Of a stretch of DNA of 32,000 nt, positions 19,421-29,088 are shown one piece after another. The translations under genes were made by a program, and so were the position numbers. The stretch comes from Acholeplasma laidlawii PG-8A. Its GTDB lineage: Bacteria > Bacillota_I > Bacilli_A > Acholeplasmatales > Acholeplasmataceae. The stretch is taken from NCBI RefSeq assembly GCF_000018785.1, contig NC_010163.1, forward strand, positions 750,001 through 782,000, in the 5' to 3' direction. Position 1 is the stretch's first letter. Each line of letters starts with the position of its first letter. The notes beneath the pieces were generated by a model, which did no database searches, was not told where the DNA came from, and saw only the letters and a list, made by a program, of their open reading frames with translations.

Positions 19421-20111
19421 AATCGATTAAAAATTCTACTGGGAAAATTGAGTCATCTATTTTACCGCCCCAGTTACCACCTATCGCCAAATTAATTATC
19501 ATGAAAAACGGTTCATCAAACGGCCAATTATCTAACCCTTGCTTATCTTCTTTAGGTGCTTTAAATAATAGTTCATTATCTAAATAATAATTAAAACCTT
19601 CTTTGGACCATTCTAGTTTATAGACATGAAAATCATCACTCAAGTTTTTAATTTCTTTTTTTAGATGTAGATTGTTTGATTTTGTATGATTGAAGTTTTT
19701 AGAGTGTAATGAAAAATGTAATGCGTCCGGTTCTTTACCTACATATTCCATCAAATCAATTTCACCACAAGTTGGCCAACCAACTTTATGAATATTATCC
19801 CCCAACAACCAAAATGCTGGCCAAGTTCCTAATCCCTTTGGTAACTTCATACGCACTTCAATTGCTCCGTATTGAATACTCACTTTATTTTTTGTAGTTA
19901 TTTTCGCAGATGTATATTTTCGATGTTCAAAATCTTCTTTACGAGCCACAATATGTAGTAGGCTATCCTCTATATAAATGTTATCTAAGCGGTCTGTGTA
20001 AAACTGATCTTCATTGTTTCCAAAACCACTACCACCAACATCAATATTCCAGTATGTTTGATTAGGTTTTGTTCCTACATCAAAATGATCATAAAAAACT
20101 ATTTTTTTCAT
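19401..20111 (-). CDS. GH16 beta-1,3-glucanase-like protein lacking a signal peptide (probably cytoplasmic)
   Basis: 236 aa; N-terminus MKKIVFYDHFDVGTKPNQTYWNIDVGG, no signal; catalytic motif GEIDLMEYVG; WPFDEPFFMIINLAIGGNWGG. Confidence 0.9.
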   Translation of the reverse strand: MKKIVFYDHFDVGTKPNQTYWNIDVGGSGFGNNEDQFYTDRLDNIYIEDSLLHIVARKEDFEHRKYTSAKITTKNKVSIQYGAIEVRMKLPKGLGTWPAFWLLGDNIHKVGWPTCGEIDLMEYVGKEPDALHFSLHSKNFNHTKSNNLHLKKEIKNLSDDFHVYKLEWSKEGFNYYLDNELLFKAPKEDKQGLDNWPFDEPFFMIINLAIGGNWGGKIDDSIFPVEFLIDYVKVTS

Positions 20112-20506
20112 AATATCTCCTTTATTTTTGTTCTAAGTTTGGAATCTATATAGTATTTCGTAGAATTCAGATCTCCTGTATTATCTTCTTCTATAATCAG
20201 TAGTTTTGCATCAATAGATAATACTTGTGTATGATATACATCTTTTTTAACATTATAAATTTTATTTTTTTCAAGATGAACTGCTTCAATACTTAATGAT
20301 TTTTCATCATTAACATCTAAAAATAATAAAGTTGCAGAACCATCTAATAGAACAAATACTTCATCCGTTTCATGATGTGCTTCAAAATATATCAAGCCAT
20401 CCAAACTACAGTCATCAATATAATTTAGTATGGCAACACGCCAATTTTGGTAAGTCATTAAACTTTTGTAGCCCTCTTGACTAAATTCAAATAGTTCATA
20501 ATTCAT
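20108..20506 (-). CDS. Small cupin-fold protein of unknown function
   Basis: 132 aa; EAHHETDEVFVLLDGSATLLFLD...KNKIYNVKKDVYHTQVLS cupin-like motifs; start overlaps GH94 stop and its stop overlaps the GH16 start. Confidence 0.7.
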   Translation of the reverse strand: MNYELFEFSQEGYKSLMTYQNWRVAILNYIDDCSLDGLIYFEAHHETDEVFVLLDGSATLLFLDVNDEKSLSIEAVHLEKNKIYNVKKDVYHTQVLSIDAKLLIIEEDNTGDLNSTKYYIDSKLRTKIKEIL

Positions 20507-22988
20507 CTAGATATACCTCGATGTCTCCCTCAATTTTTGTATGTTCAATGTTGATAGGTTGTCCTTGATATAAAACTTTATCAATTTTATAAGCGCCATA
20601 ATCTAAGTTTTTCAAGTTAATATACGTGATTTTAATTAGTTTTCCATGAATAAAGGTTTGAATGCTTGCTCTATGATTTATAAAATCTTCTCGAACTAAT
20701 TTTGGATTAAGTGTTAATTTTCCGTAATAAAATGTAATTCCGAACACCTGTTCTTGTAAGAGTTTTAATAGCCAACTTGCACTTCCAGTTAAATAAAGAT
20801 ATTTGCCAACACCTTTGTCAGTAAAATACTCTGGAATTCCAAGCACCGTATGTGCATCAGGGTGTATCGCACGCATTATCAGTGATTTATAACCTTCATT
20901 ACCTAGTTGAACTAAATTATAATTATATAACCCATAGACATACATGATGGCCATATGTGAGAATACAGCACCATTTTCTTTGTGATTATAACTAAACCCG
21001 AATGCTCTGCCCATGTCCATCATAATTTTATGATAGTTAGAGTTTAAATGATACCCTCCATTATCTTTATTAAATAATAGTTTTTTTGTTGTATCTGCTA
21101 CGCTTTTAGCCTGAGACATGGTTAGTGTTTCATTTAGAAGTGCCATCGCCTGGCCCGTTAAGTTCATCGTATCTGCAGTATCTAAAAATACATTACTATC
21201 TGTTATATAACTTTGAAGATGTGTATCCTTAATCCAAGCGTTTTCATTTATATGATCAATTCTTTTTTTATAGAGCTCAACGAGTTGATAAGATAACTTA
21301 GTGGCATCCACTTCAACCGTAGTATCTTTAAAATCAGAAACGTTATCAAAGAATGTTTTTAGATCAATTGTTTCAAAGATTAGATCATAGAGTGATTTAA
21401 ATAGGCGAACAGGTCTATTAATTTTTTCAATCACTTCTGCCATCTTCATTAAATTACTTGCATAAAAATGGGTAAATGCTATCGTTTCACCGTTATTTTT
21501 GGCCATATCCAAACCATCATTCCAGTCAGCATTTTCTAATCTTACAAAGCCAAATTTACCGGTGTTAAAATGTGCAACAATATTTTGTAATAGTAAATGT
21601 TCCAAAATAGTGCCTAGATAAGGTTTGTTATGTACTCTTAGAATATGTTCACTTGTTTCTATATCTCTTGTTTTATTCGTATAGTGTGTGAATTGATCAT
21701 GAAAGTAAGTTTGCTGCTTAAATAAGAACTCGATATGCCCAGTACTATGAATGTATGATAATGTAGTAAGTAATGGCCAAGCCCCATGATCAGACCATAC
21801 ACGGACTATTTTATTTCTATCTGCTAGGAACTCTCCAGGTTTATCGCCAATAATTGTTGCGTTAGAACCATCAATTCGTATCCCTTGAAAATTATTAAAT
21901 AATAAGGTTTCGACGGATTCATCATTAATAAGGATTAAACTGAGTAAATCTTGCCAAAGATCACGCCAACCCCTTCCCCCTCTACCATAATCATGATGTG
22001 GTAGGTAGGAATTACCAAAAATTCGTCTTAACACAGGTTGAAATCTTACCCATCTTAGAAGTAATTCAACATCCTTATTTACCATGCTAATAGAGAGTTT
22101 GCTACTTTCTGCTTCAAAATAATTACGCATGTGTTTAAATGCTTCTTCAACAGATTTTTTTGTTTTGTACTTGTTTATAATATGTAATGCATCTTCATTT
22201 TGATTAAAAATACCCATACTTATATTAAATGTTGCTGTTTCTTCAGGTTTTAGTATGAAGGGTTCAAATCCAATCGCGCCAATAACTTCATACCCAGGTT
22301 TGGGTTCGAAATCTTTTCTGTAAATACCTTTAGGAAAATTAAATGAACCACCATCTATAAAATCCTCTAGGCTCGTAATGATTCTATTTACTTTCGTTGT
22401 AGGACTATATGCAGAGACTGTATAAGCCTCATGATTTAAATGATGACCTCTTTCATCAAAACTTAAAGTTGGTTTAACTAATACAGTTTGTTCATTGATT
22501 TCAACTTTATTTAGTAAGGATGTGACATGACGATGATCTCTTATATTATCGGCACTTCTTGCATAAATCGGTATGGCTGTAATTACATCTAGAGTTAGAT
22601 TCTTATTAGATGTGTTTTTAATGGTGACCTCTAATAGTTCTAAATTATCATGTAATGGTATGAAAGAAAGTGATTCAATAGAAAATAAAGTGTTACTTCT
22701 AACAACTCTTTGATAGAGTAAATCATACTCTACTTGCAATTCATCATTCTGCTGTAGATATGTGTTGCCATTTAAAAAATACATTTCATCATCGATTGTA
22801 AAGATGATATTTCTTGACATATGATTGGCATAAAGATCATTTTCAGTCGTTGGTTCAAGTAAGTAATGATGATGATCCGTTTTAATATCTCCACCGAAAA
22901 ATGGTGTAATCGAAGATTTTAATTGTCCTAAATTATATAAAGGCAGATATTGTCCATAATTTTTCTTAATTGATTGCTTTTTTTTCAT
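20496..22988 (-). CDS. GH94-family phosphorylase, laminaribiose-phosphorylase-like (or cellobiose/cellodextrin phosphorylase)
   Basis: 830 aa; FGNSYLPHHDYGRGGRGWRDLWQDLLSLIL and LENADWNDGLDMA are hallmark GH94 motifs; substrate inferred from neighbourhood. Confidence 0.88.
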   Translation of the reverse strand: MKKKQSIKKNYGQYLPLYNLGQLKSSITPFFGGDIKTDHHHYLLEPTTENDLYANHMSRNIIFTIDDEMYFLNGNTYLQQNDELQVEYDLLYQRVVRSNTLFSIESLSFIPLHDNLELLEVTIKNTSNKNLTLDVITAIPIYARSADNIRDHRHVTSLLNKVEINEQTVLVKPTLSFDERGHHLNHEAYTVSAYSPTTKVNRIITSLEDFIDGGSFNFPKGIYRKDFEPKPGYEVIGAIGFEPFILKPEETATFNISMGIFNQNEDALHIINKYKTKKSVEEAFKHMRNYFEAESSKLSISMVNKDVELLLRWVRFQPVLRRIFGNSYLPHHDYGRGGRGWRDLWQDLLSLILINDESVETLLFNNFQGIRIDGSNATIIGDKPGEFLADRNKIVRVWSDHGAWPLLTTLSYIHSTGHIEFLFKQQTYFHDQFTHYTNKTRDIETSEHILRVHNKPYLGTILEHLLLQNIVAHFNTGKFGFVRLENADWNDGLDMAKNNGETIAFTHFYASNLMKMAEVIEKINRPVRLFKSLYDLIFETIDLKTFFDNVSDFKDTTVEVDATKLSYQLVELYKKRIDHINENAWIKDTHLQSYITDSNVFLDTADTMNLTGQAMALLNETLTMSQAKSVADTTKKLLFNKDNGGYHLNSNYHKIMMDMGRAFGFSYNHKENGAVFSHMAIMYVYGLYNYNLVQLGNEGYKSLIMRAIHPDAHTVLGIPEYFTDKGVGKYLYLTGSASWLLKLLQEQVFGITFYYGKLTLNPKLVREDFINHRASIQTFIHGKLIKITYINLKNLDYGAYKIDKVLYQGQPINIEHTKIEGDIEVYLDEL

Positions 22989-22993
22989 ATATT

Positions 22994-25900
22994 TTAACCA
23001 TGTCTCATCATTTTGATTTCATAGATATGGATATTTGATTTATTAAATTTTATCGAAAGTACTTGTTTTCCAGGATCAGCTAGCAGACTCGCTCTTGCGT
23101 GGACCTTGTTACCTTCAGTGCCATGTATTGTAATTGTTGTTTTATATTGATTATTCAGGTACAGTGAAAATGGTAATTGCGCTAAACTTTGTACATCACT
23201 TGATAGAGTAAAATCGACCAAGTACTTCCCTGGCATTTCTAGAGCTACAGGAAAATTTAAGATAGCATCTTTTTCTAAAATAGAAAGGACATTATTATCA
23301 AGTGAAACGGATTTTATATGCTTTAGAGCAGCATCAAAAACAAAGTTTAATGGTTCCCATGGTTTCATACCACACTTTGGATATTCCATCTTACTAAACA
23401 GGTTTAAATCGACTATATTTAGGTTACTTGATTCAAAATTTTCAGTGTTAAAATAATAAATATTTGTATCATATTTATTTGATTTTACTGCGATTGCGTG
23501 TTGTTTATTTTTGTGAATATAGACTTTAAGTTTTTTATGCTTTATCGTGTCAATTTTGTCTATTTGATGGTTAAAAATCAACGGATTTATAACGAATTTT
23601 TGACCATTTACCAATAGTTCTTCTATAAGCGGCAATTTTATATCCTTTGCATCATATTTAAACCAATAATTTCTCCTATTTTTTGAGGGTTTAAATTCTA
23701 GTTGATGCATACGACTAAATGCTGGCGTTTTTAGTAAAAAGTTTAGAATATTTTTAGCTACCCTTTGCAAGTGAGACTTTTTAAGTTCGCCATTTAAGTA
23801 ACTTTCTTTTGAATTGTCATGATTTGAATTTGATTTGGCATCACTAATAACCATATATAAATCATTTTGGCTGATGATCATTGCCTTAGTATTCTTAACA
23901 TCACCAGGACCATTAAAATCATTCATTTTAGCCCACCAATCGGTGACTAAAATACCATCAAATCCCCACTCATCCCTTAAAAGGAGTGAGTTAACCTCAA
24001 AATGAGAGGCTGTCCATAAACTATTCACCGGATTATAAGATGTCATGATTGCACGGGCTTTACCCACTTTTATTGCAATTTCAAAGCCTCTTAAATAGAT
24101 TTCTCTTTGAGCACGTTCAGATACTACTGCATCTACATTAAATCGATCTGTTTCTTGATTATTTGCAAATAAATGCTTGAGTGTCCCTGTAACACCTTCT
24201 TTTTGTAAACCAATGACTGCACTTGATGCCATAAGTCCTGTAAGCAGTGGATCTTCTGAATAATATTCAAAATTACGGCCATTTAGAGGATGTCTTAAAA
24301 TATTCATACCTGGACCCAAGATTAAATCAATATGATAAGCTTTCATTTCCTTACCAAGTAGTTGGTAAAGTGTTTCAACCATATTCAAATCAAAACTTGA
24401 GGCTAAGGCTATGCCATTAGGTAAACTTGAAGCATAAAAACCAGAGTCCATACGAATACCACTAGGTCCATCTGCTGCACATGCAATCGGTATACCCTTA
24501 TCAAGTAATTCATCGGTCACACCGCCAAATGCTGATGCAGTTCCTGGTGTCACTTTAGGTGAACTCATACCTTCACCTCGTGTGAGTTCAATGAGTTGAT
24601 CAATTTCAAGTGATCCGATAAATTCATCCATAGTATGTTTATGCTCATAAACATCTAATAATGTAATATCAGATGTATTGCTTGGTATTTCTCTAGGTAT
24701 ATGATCTTTAATTGTTTCATTATAATTGGTAGTTCTTAAAGGTACATCTTCATAGATAATTTGATAGTTTTCATCTGGTTTGATACGTTTAAAAGGCTTA
24801 ACCGGTGCTGATATTTCTCTTGATAAATGTGTAATGATATCATCAATAATTTCAATTTCACCGTATTGTGTGTGGTGTCTTGATGAATTTCCAATATAGA
24901 ATTTATATAAACCTTTTTCTAGCACAAAAGAAGATTTAAATACATGCCCAATATCATCAAAGCTTGCTAGATTATATAAATCAATTTTAATTTCGATGAT
25001 TTGATTTTCTTTTGGTTCAAGTTCTCTGGTTTTAGCAAATGCTGCTAAAACCATTTTAGGTTTACCTAATAATCCTTGAGGTGCATTTAAATAGATTTGG
25101 ACAACTTCTTTTGCTCTATGTCTACCAGTATTCTTAACCTCTATTTTAAAGGTTATAATTTTATCATCCATATCAAAAGATATAGGTTTAATTTTAAATT
25201 CAGAGTAAGTGAGTCCAAAACCAAATGGATATCTCACAGCAGTGTGATTAAATGTCTCAAAATATCTATAACCAACATAAATATCTTCTTCATATATGAC
25301 TTGTGATTTATGTCCGAAATTATGGAATGCGGGCTCTGATGATAAGTCATTAACTAATGTCATAGGTAGTTTACCTGATGGTGACTTATAACCTACCATT
25401 ACATCTTTTAGAGCTAATGCTCCATACTGTCCACCATGCCATGCAAAGATAAGTCCATCAATTTGATAAGTATCCATAAAAGTTAGATCCATAGCATTAC
25501 CAACATTTAATACAACTATTGTTTTCTTAAAATGAGAAGTTACATCTTTAAGTAGACTTAACTCTTCATCTGTTAAATAATAACTTCCTTTTGTCGGTTT
25601 GTTATCTTTATCTTCCCCTGCTGTTCTACCAAATACTACTATCGCAATGTCACTTTCTTTAGAAGCATTTAATACTAAACTAGTGTCTAAAAGCATTTCT
25701 TGTTGATTCCATGGTTCAGATGCCCATTGCCCATTACCGGAATCGAATGGATTTTCTTCTACCCATTTTTTATAAACATCATAAACGTTCATATTTACAG
25801 ATACATTGGGATCATTAATAAACGATTCAATTAATGAAGGTACATGCTTAACATTTACCAAACCTCCAGAGCCAGTACCAGATTTATAGTAATTAAACTG

Positions 25901-26059
25901 AATTCTACCGAAAACAGCAATTTTTTTATCTTTTAGTGGTAACACATCGTTATTTTTAAGTAAGACGATACCTTCACCAGCTGCATACTTTGAAAAAGTT
26001 GCAAGCTCAGCAAGCGGATTCATCCGTTCGATGTTCATATTATTTAAATATTTTTGCAT
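22994..26059 (-). CDS. Large GH3-family beta-glucosidase, no signal peptide, with Fn3-like and C-terminal sandwich-like domain
   Basis: ORF 22994..26077 begins at TTG; ATG at 26059 follows a GGAGAT RBS. Motifs IVVVLNVGNAMDLTF, IDGLIFAWHGGQYGALAL, RYPFGFGLTYSEF, DGILVTDWWAKM. Confidence 0.92.
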   Translation of the reverse strand: MQKYLNNMNIERMNPLAELATFSKYAAGEGIVLLKNNDVLPLKDKKIAVFGRIQFNYYKSGTGSGGLVNVKHVPSLIESFINDPNVSVNMNVYDVYKKWVEENPFDSGNGQWASEPWNQQEMLLDTSLVLNASKESDIAIVVFGRTAGEDKDNKPTKGSYYLTDEELSLLKDVTSHFKKTIVVLNVGNAMDLTFMDTYQIDGLIFAWHGGQYGALALKDVMVGYKSPSGKLPMTLVNDLSSEPAFHNFGHKSQVIYEEDIYVGYRYFETFNHTAVRYPFGFGLTYSEFKIKPISFDMDDKIITFKIEVKNTGRHRAKEVVQIYLNAPQGLLGKPKMVLAAFAKTRELEPKENQIIEIKIDLYNLASFDDIGHVFKSSFVLEKGLYKFYIGNSSRHHTQYGEIEIIDDIITHLSREISAPVKPFKRIKPDENYQIIYEDVPLRTTNYNETIKDHIPREIPSNTSDITLLDVYEHKHTMDEFIGSLEIDQLIELTRGEGMSSPKVTPGTASAFGGVTDELLDKGIPIACAADGPSGIRMDSGFYASSLPNGIALASSFDLNMVETLYQLLGKEMKAYHIDLILGPGMNILRHPLNGRNFEYYSEDPLLTGLMASSAVIGLQKEGVTGTLKHLFANNQETDRFNVDAVVSERAQREIYLRGFEIAIKVGKARAIMTSYNPVNSLWTASHFEVNSLLLRDEWGFDGILVTDWWAKMNDFNGPGDVKNTKAMIISQNDLYMVISDAKSNSNHDNSKESYLNGELKKSHLQRVAKNILNFLLKTPAFSRMHQLEFKPSKNRRNYWFKYDAKDIKLPLIEELLVNGQKFVINPLIFNHQIDKIDTIKHKKLKVYIHKNKQHAIAVKSNKYDTNIYYFNTENFESSNLNIVDLNLFSKMEYPKCGMKPWEPLNFVFDAALKHIKSVSLDNNVLSILEKDAILNFPVALEMPGKYLVDFTLSSDVQSLAQLPFSLYLNNQYKTTITIHGTEGNKVHARASLLADPGKQVLSIKFNKSNIHIYEIKMMRHG

Positions 26060-26082
26060 GTCATATCTCCATATCAATAATT

Positions 26083-26100
26083 TAAGAAATCGTTTTCTTA
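26083..26100. promoter_or_regulatory. 18-bp near-perfect palindrome TAAGAAATCGTTTTCTTA, LacI/CcpA-family operator candidate
   Basis: One mismatched pair around a central CG; lies just downstream of the -10 box of unit A. Confidence 0.7.
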
Positions 26101-26105
26101 ACTAT

Positions 26106-26133
26106 ATTATATGGTTTTTTTAGAATATTGCAA
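26106..26133 (-). promoter_or_regulatory. Sigma-A-type promoter of the phosphorylase unit (TTGCAA-N16-TATAAT)
   Basis: Minus strand: -35 at 26128-26133, -10 at 26106-26111. Confidence 0.7.
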
Positions 26134-26142
26134 GCGTTTACA
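26129..26142. promoter_or_regulatory. cre-like site TGCAAGCGTTTACA overlapping the -35 box
   Basis: One mismatch (position 3) to TGWNANCGNTNWCA. Confidence 0.6.
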
Positions 26143-26145
26143 AAA

Positions 26146-26178
26146 GAAAAAGAGTTTTCGTTAAGAAAACCCTTTTTC
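26146..26178 (-). terminator. Probable terminator of the DsbA/FrnE-like gene
   Basis: Inverted repeat GAAAAAGAGTTTTC / GAAAACCCTTTTTC (14 bp, one mismatch) with 5-nt loop, followed on the minus strand by a short T-run; 34 nt downstream of the stop. Confidence 0.6.
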
Positions 26179-26211
26179 GTTAATATATTTACTTAAATAA
26201 AATGAAAGTAA

Positions 26212-26913
26212 TTAAATTGCACAACCATCCGGACCACATATATCATCATCTGATCCGATAGTTTGGAATGGATTTGCTTCTTTGTATGCTTGTTCAATTG
26301 CTTGATTAAACATTTCTATGGGTTGAGCACCACTTACTGCATATTTTCTATCTAATACAAAGAATGGTACACCACGCACGCCAATGCTTTGAGCTTCTTC
26401 AATTTCTTTAGCTACTTCATCATGAAATTGGTTAGATTCAAGTACTACTTTTGCTTCATGAACGTCAAGTCCTAATGTGTTAACAATATCTAATAAGACT
26501 TTATCATCATGAATGTTTAAACCCTTAGTAAAATAAGCATCAAAAAGTTTTGTTGAAAGTACTGATTCTTTACCAAAAGTTCTAGCCCATTTTGCTAGTC
26601 TATGTGCTTTAAAAGTGTTTGTCATCTTCATGTTGTCATAATCATAAACGAGACCTACTTGTTTTGCACGCTCTACAGTCTGCATAAACATTTGTTTTGT
26701 TTGATTCAAACTAACACCTTTCATTCTAGAAAAAATAGTATAACTATCTTCTGTTGTTTCAAAAGGTGCATCTGGACTTAACTGATAAGCCTTATAAATG
26801 ACTTCGATTTTATCTTTATCTTTAAAATTGTTTAGTGCTTGTTCAAATATTGTTTTACCAATATAACAAAACGGACATGAAAAGTCACTCCATACTTCAA
26901 TTTTCATCTTCAT
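26212..26913 (-). CDS. DsbA-family oxidoreductase / FrnE-like protein
   Basis: 233 aa; VWSDFSCPFCYIGKTIFEQAL CxxC active site; ARTFGKESVLSTKLFDAYFTKGLNIHD; GVRGVPFFVLDRKYAVSGAQP. Confidence 0.92.
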   Translation of the reverse strand: MKMKIEVWSDFSCPFCYIGKTIFEQALNNFKDKDKIEVIYKAYQLSPDAPFETTEDSYTIFSRMKGVSLNQTKQMFMQTVERAKQVGLVYDYDNMKMTNTFKAHRLAKWARTFGKESVLSTKLFDAYFTKGLNIHDDKVLLDIVNTLGLDVHEAKVVLESNQFHDEVAKEIEEAQSIGVRGVPFFVLDRKYAVSGAQPIEMFNQAIEQAYKEANPFQTIGSDDDICGPDGCAI

Positions 26914-26954
26914 ACCTCTACTTTCTTATAGTATTCATTTTAACATGACCTACA

Positions 26955-26984
26955 TAATAAAAAGTTGCCTAGGCTTAGGCAACT
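26955..26984 (-). terminator. Rho-independent terminator downstream of the 70-aa membrane protein gene
   Basis: Minus strand AGTTGCCTA-AGCC-TAGGCAACT followed by TTTTTTA; 9-bp perfect stem plus U-tract. Confidence 0.85.
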
Positions 26985-26998
26985 CTGATTATGTGAAT

Positions 26999-27211
26999 TT
27001 ACTTACCTTCTAAGGCAATTAAACTCACGATAAGTAATAATAAAGGTTGATAGACGGTGTTCCAAATAACTGCTACAACTGCTTGTACTTGAGTCCATAA
27101 ATCACTGCTTGATTCCCATGCATCCATGTATGCTTGGAAAGAACCTAAAAACAATGATGCAAAAACAACACCTGCTACTACTAAACCTACTAATCCAATA
27201 AGTCTTCTCAT
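26999..27211 (-). CDS. Small two-TM membrane protein of unknown function
   Basis: 70 aa, two hydrophobic stretches; followed by a good terminator. Confidence 0.6.
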   Translation of the reverse strand: MRRLIGLVGLVVAGVVFASLFLGSFQAYMDAWESSSDLWTQVQAVVAVIWNTVYQPLLLLIVSLIALEGK

Positions 27212-27276
27212 TTATTAAACACCTCCATGTTTAATTCATTTTACAATATTATAAACTAGATGTTTTAAAAAATACT

Positions 27277-29073
27277 TTACTTTTTGTCGTAGGCAATAAT
27301 TTCATCAATAGTTTGACTAATAAATTTAATAGCTTCTTTTAATGGTTTACTTGTTTTTAAATCTACATCAACCATGAGTGCTAAATCTAATGGCTTTTTA
27401 GTAGCTCCAGCTTTTAAGACTTCAATCCAATCTTTTGGATCTAATGTTTTTTCAAAAATTCTTTGTGAAACAACAGTACCTAATGTTAACCCTGCTGAGT
27501 AAGTATAAGGATATAGACCCATAAAGTAGTGTGGTTGACGCATCCAAGTTAAGCCTGCATAATCAGGAATAACGACTGCATCACCCCAAAATTGTCTTAA
27601 TACATCTAATTTAATATTATTTAAGACACTTGCAGAGATTGGTTCATAATTATCAATCTTTTCATAAACTTTTCTTTGGAATGCTGCTTCTAGTAAGTGT
27701 GTAACAAAGTTATGATAATACGTTCTAGAAATCATTACGGATTGAATCCAACGTTTTGTGCGTGCATCTGTTGCATGTTTCATTAAATGACGTGCCATAA
27801 TCAACTCGTTTGTTGTAGATGGTGCCTCAATGAAATATAAAGAAGGTCTTGTATTAAAAATGTTTTGATATTTATTTGCATATTGGAAATGACCTGCATG
27901 CCCAATTTCATGGGCAAGTACCATTACTTCATCCATTTGACCATTCCAGTTAATTAAAATGAATGAATTTTGACCATAAGGTGATGAGCAAAAACCACCT
28001 GTAGATTTACCAACGTTTTGAGGAAAATCAATCCATCTTTCATCAAATGAACGTCTAACAATCTCTAAATAGTCTTCACCTAATATAGATAGACCATCCA
28101 TTAATAACTCTTTAGAAGACTCAATTGTAACTTTAGGCTCAAAAGAATCATCTACAGCAATCTTTAAATCTGCATAAGTTACTTGGTCAAGACCATGTAA
28201 TTTGCCTAAATGTTTAGCATATTTGCGCATTGCAGGTGCTAAATCTTTCATAATGACATCGATTTGACGATCCATAAATGATTTAGGTACTTTTTGACTA
28301 TATAAAAGATAGTCAAAAACGGATTTAAAACCTCTTGCATCAGCAAGTGCTTTTTCTTTTTGAAGTTGAGCATAATACTGACTAGCAAAACCGTGTTGAT
28401 ATTCACTTAACTTGCTATAGAAGGCTTCATATGATTTTCTACGCACCTTTGTGTTTCCATCATATTCATATTCATTTTCAAATAAAGTAAATGAATTCGG
28501 GTATGTTTGACCATCTACTTCAAAATCACTAAACTTCATATCGACTAACTTGAAGCGGTTGTAACTTCCATAAGGTGCATTTAATACAGGAGATAATGCA
28601 TTAAGAAGTTTTTCAGCTTCAGGTTTTAGTGTATGTTTTTTATACTCTAAAACATCTTCTAAATAGAGTTTATTAGATTCATCTATCCTCATCGCATCCA
28701 TCAGTACTTTCTTAGTGACTTTATTGAGTTCACTATGAAAGAAATTGAGTTGTTTGGATACTTTTTGTAGTCTTATAGAAGTTTTACCACTTCTCATTTG
28801 GTTTGCCTCATCCACACCATCCACAGAGGATTGTAAGGATGCATAAGCACTTAAACTGGTAATCATTTCATTAATGACTTTTAGATCGTTTAAACTGCTT
28901 GTAATAATATGAGCATCTGTTAATCTTTTTTCATATTTAACGACGAACTCTTTAACCAAACCTTCTAAAGTATCAAATGTTTGATTAAATGCTTGGTCAT
29001 CTTTATAAATTGAATGAACATCCCATGTATGCTTAATATCAATCTCAGATCGTTTTGGTAATTGTTTTTTCAT
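27277..29073 (-). CDS. pepF: Oligoendopeptidase F, M3 metallopeptidase family
   Basis: 598 aa; zinc-binding motif VMVLAHEIGHAGHFQYA (HExGH); YSAGLTLGTVVSQRIF C-terminal region. Confidence 0.95.
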   Translation of the reverse strand: MKKQLPKRSEIDIKHTWDVHSIYKDDQAFNQTFDTLEGLVKEFVVKYEKRLTDAHIITSSLNDLKVINEMITSLSAYASLQSSVDGVDEANQMRSGKTSIRLQKVSKQLNFFHSELNKVTKKVLMDAMRIDESNKLYLEDVLEYKKHTLKPEAEKLLNALSPVLNAPYGSYNRFKLVDMKFSDFEVDGQTYPNSFTLFENEYEYDGNTKVRRKSYEAFYSKLSEYQHGFASQYYAQLQKEKALADARGFKSVFDYLLYSQKVPKSFMDRQIDVIMKDLAPAMRKYAKHLGKLHGLDQVTYADLKIAVDDSFEPKVTIESSKELLMDGLSILGEDYLEIVRRSFDERWIDFPQNVGKSTGGFCSSPYGQNSFILINWNGQMDEVMVLAHEIGHAGHFQYANKYQNIFNTRPSLYFIEAPSTTNELIMARHLMKHATDARTKRWIQSVMISRTYYHNFVTHLLEAAFQRKVYEKIDNYEPISASVLNNIKLDVLRQFWGDAVVIPDYAGLTWMRQPHYFMGLYPYTYSAGLTLGTVVSQRIFEKTLDPKDWIEVLKAGATKKPLDLALMVDVDLKTSKPLKEAIKFISQTIDEIIAYDKK

Positions 29074-29088
29074 ATTTATCCTTCTTTC

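Noticed and set aside
22994-26077. ORF-track start at 26077 for the GH3 gene
   Set aside because: That start is a TTG; ATG at 26059 has a GGAGAT ribosome-binding site and gives a normal N-terminus.
558-26077. Alternative genetic code (UGA = Trp) expected for many mollicutes
   Set aside because: Long ORFs are intact under the standard bacterial code and tryptophans I checked are TGG, consistent with Acholeplasma-type code use rather than Mycoplasma.
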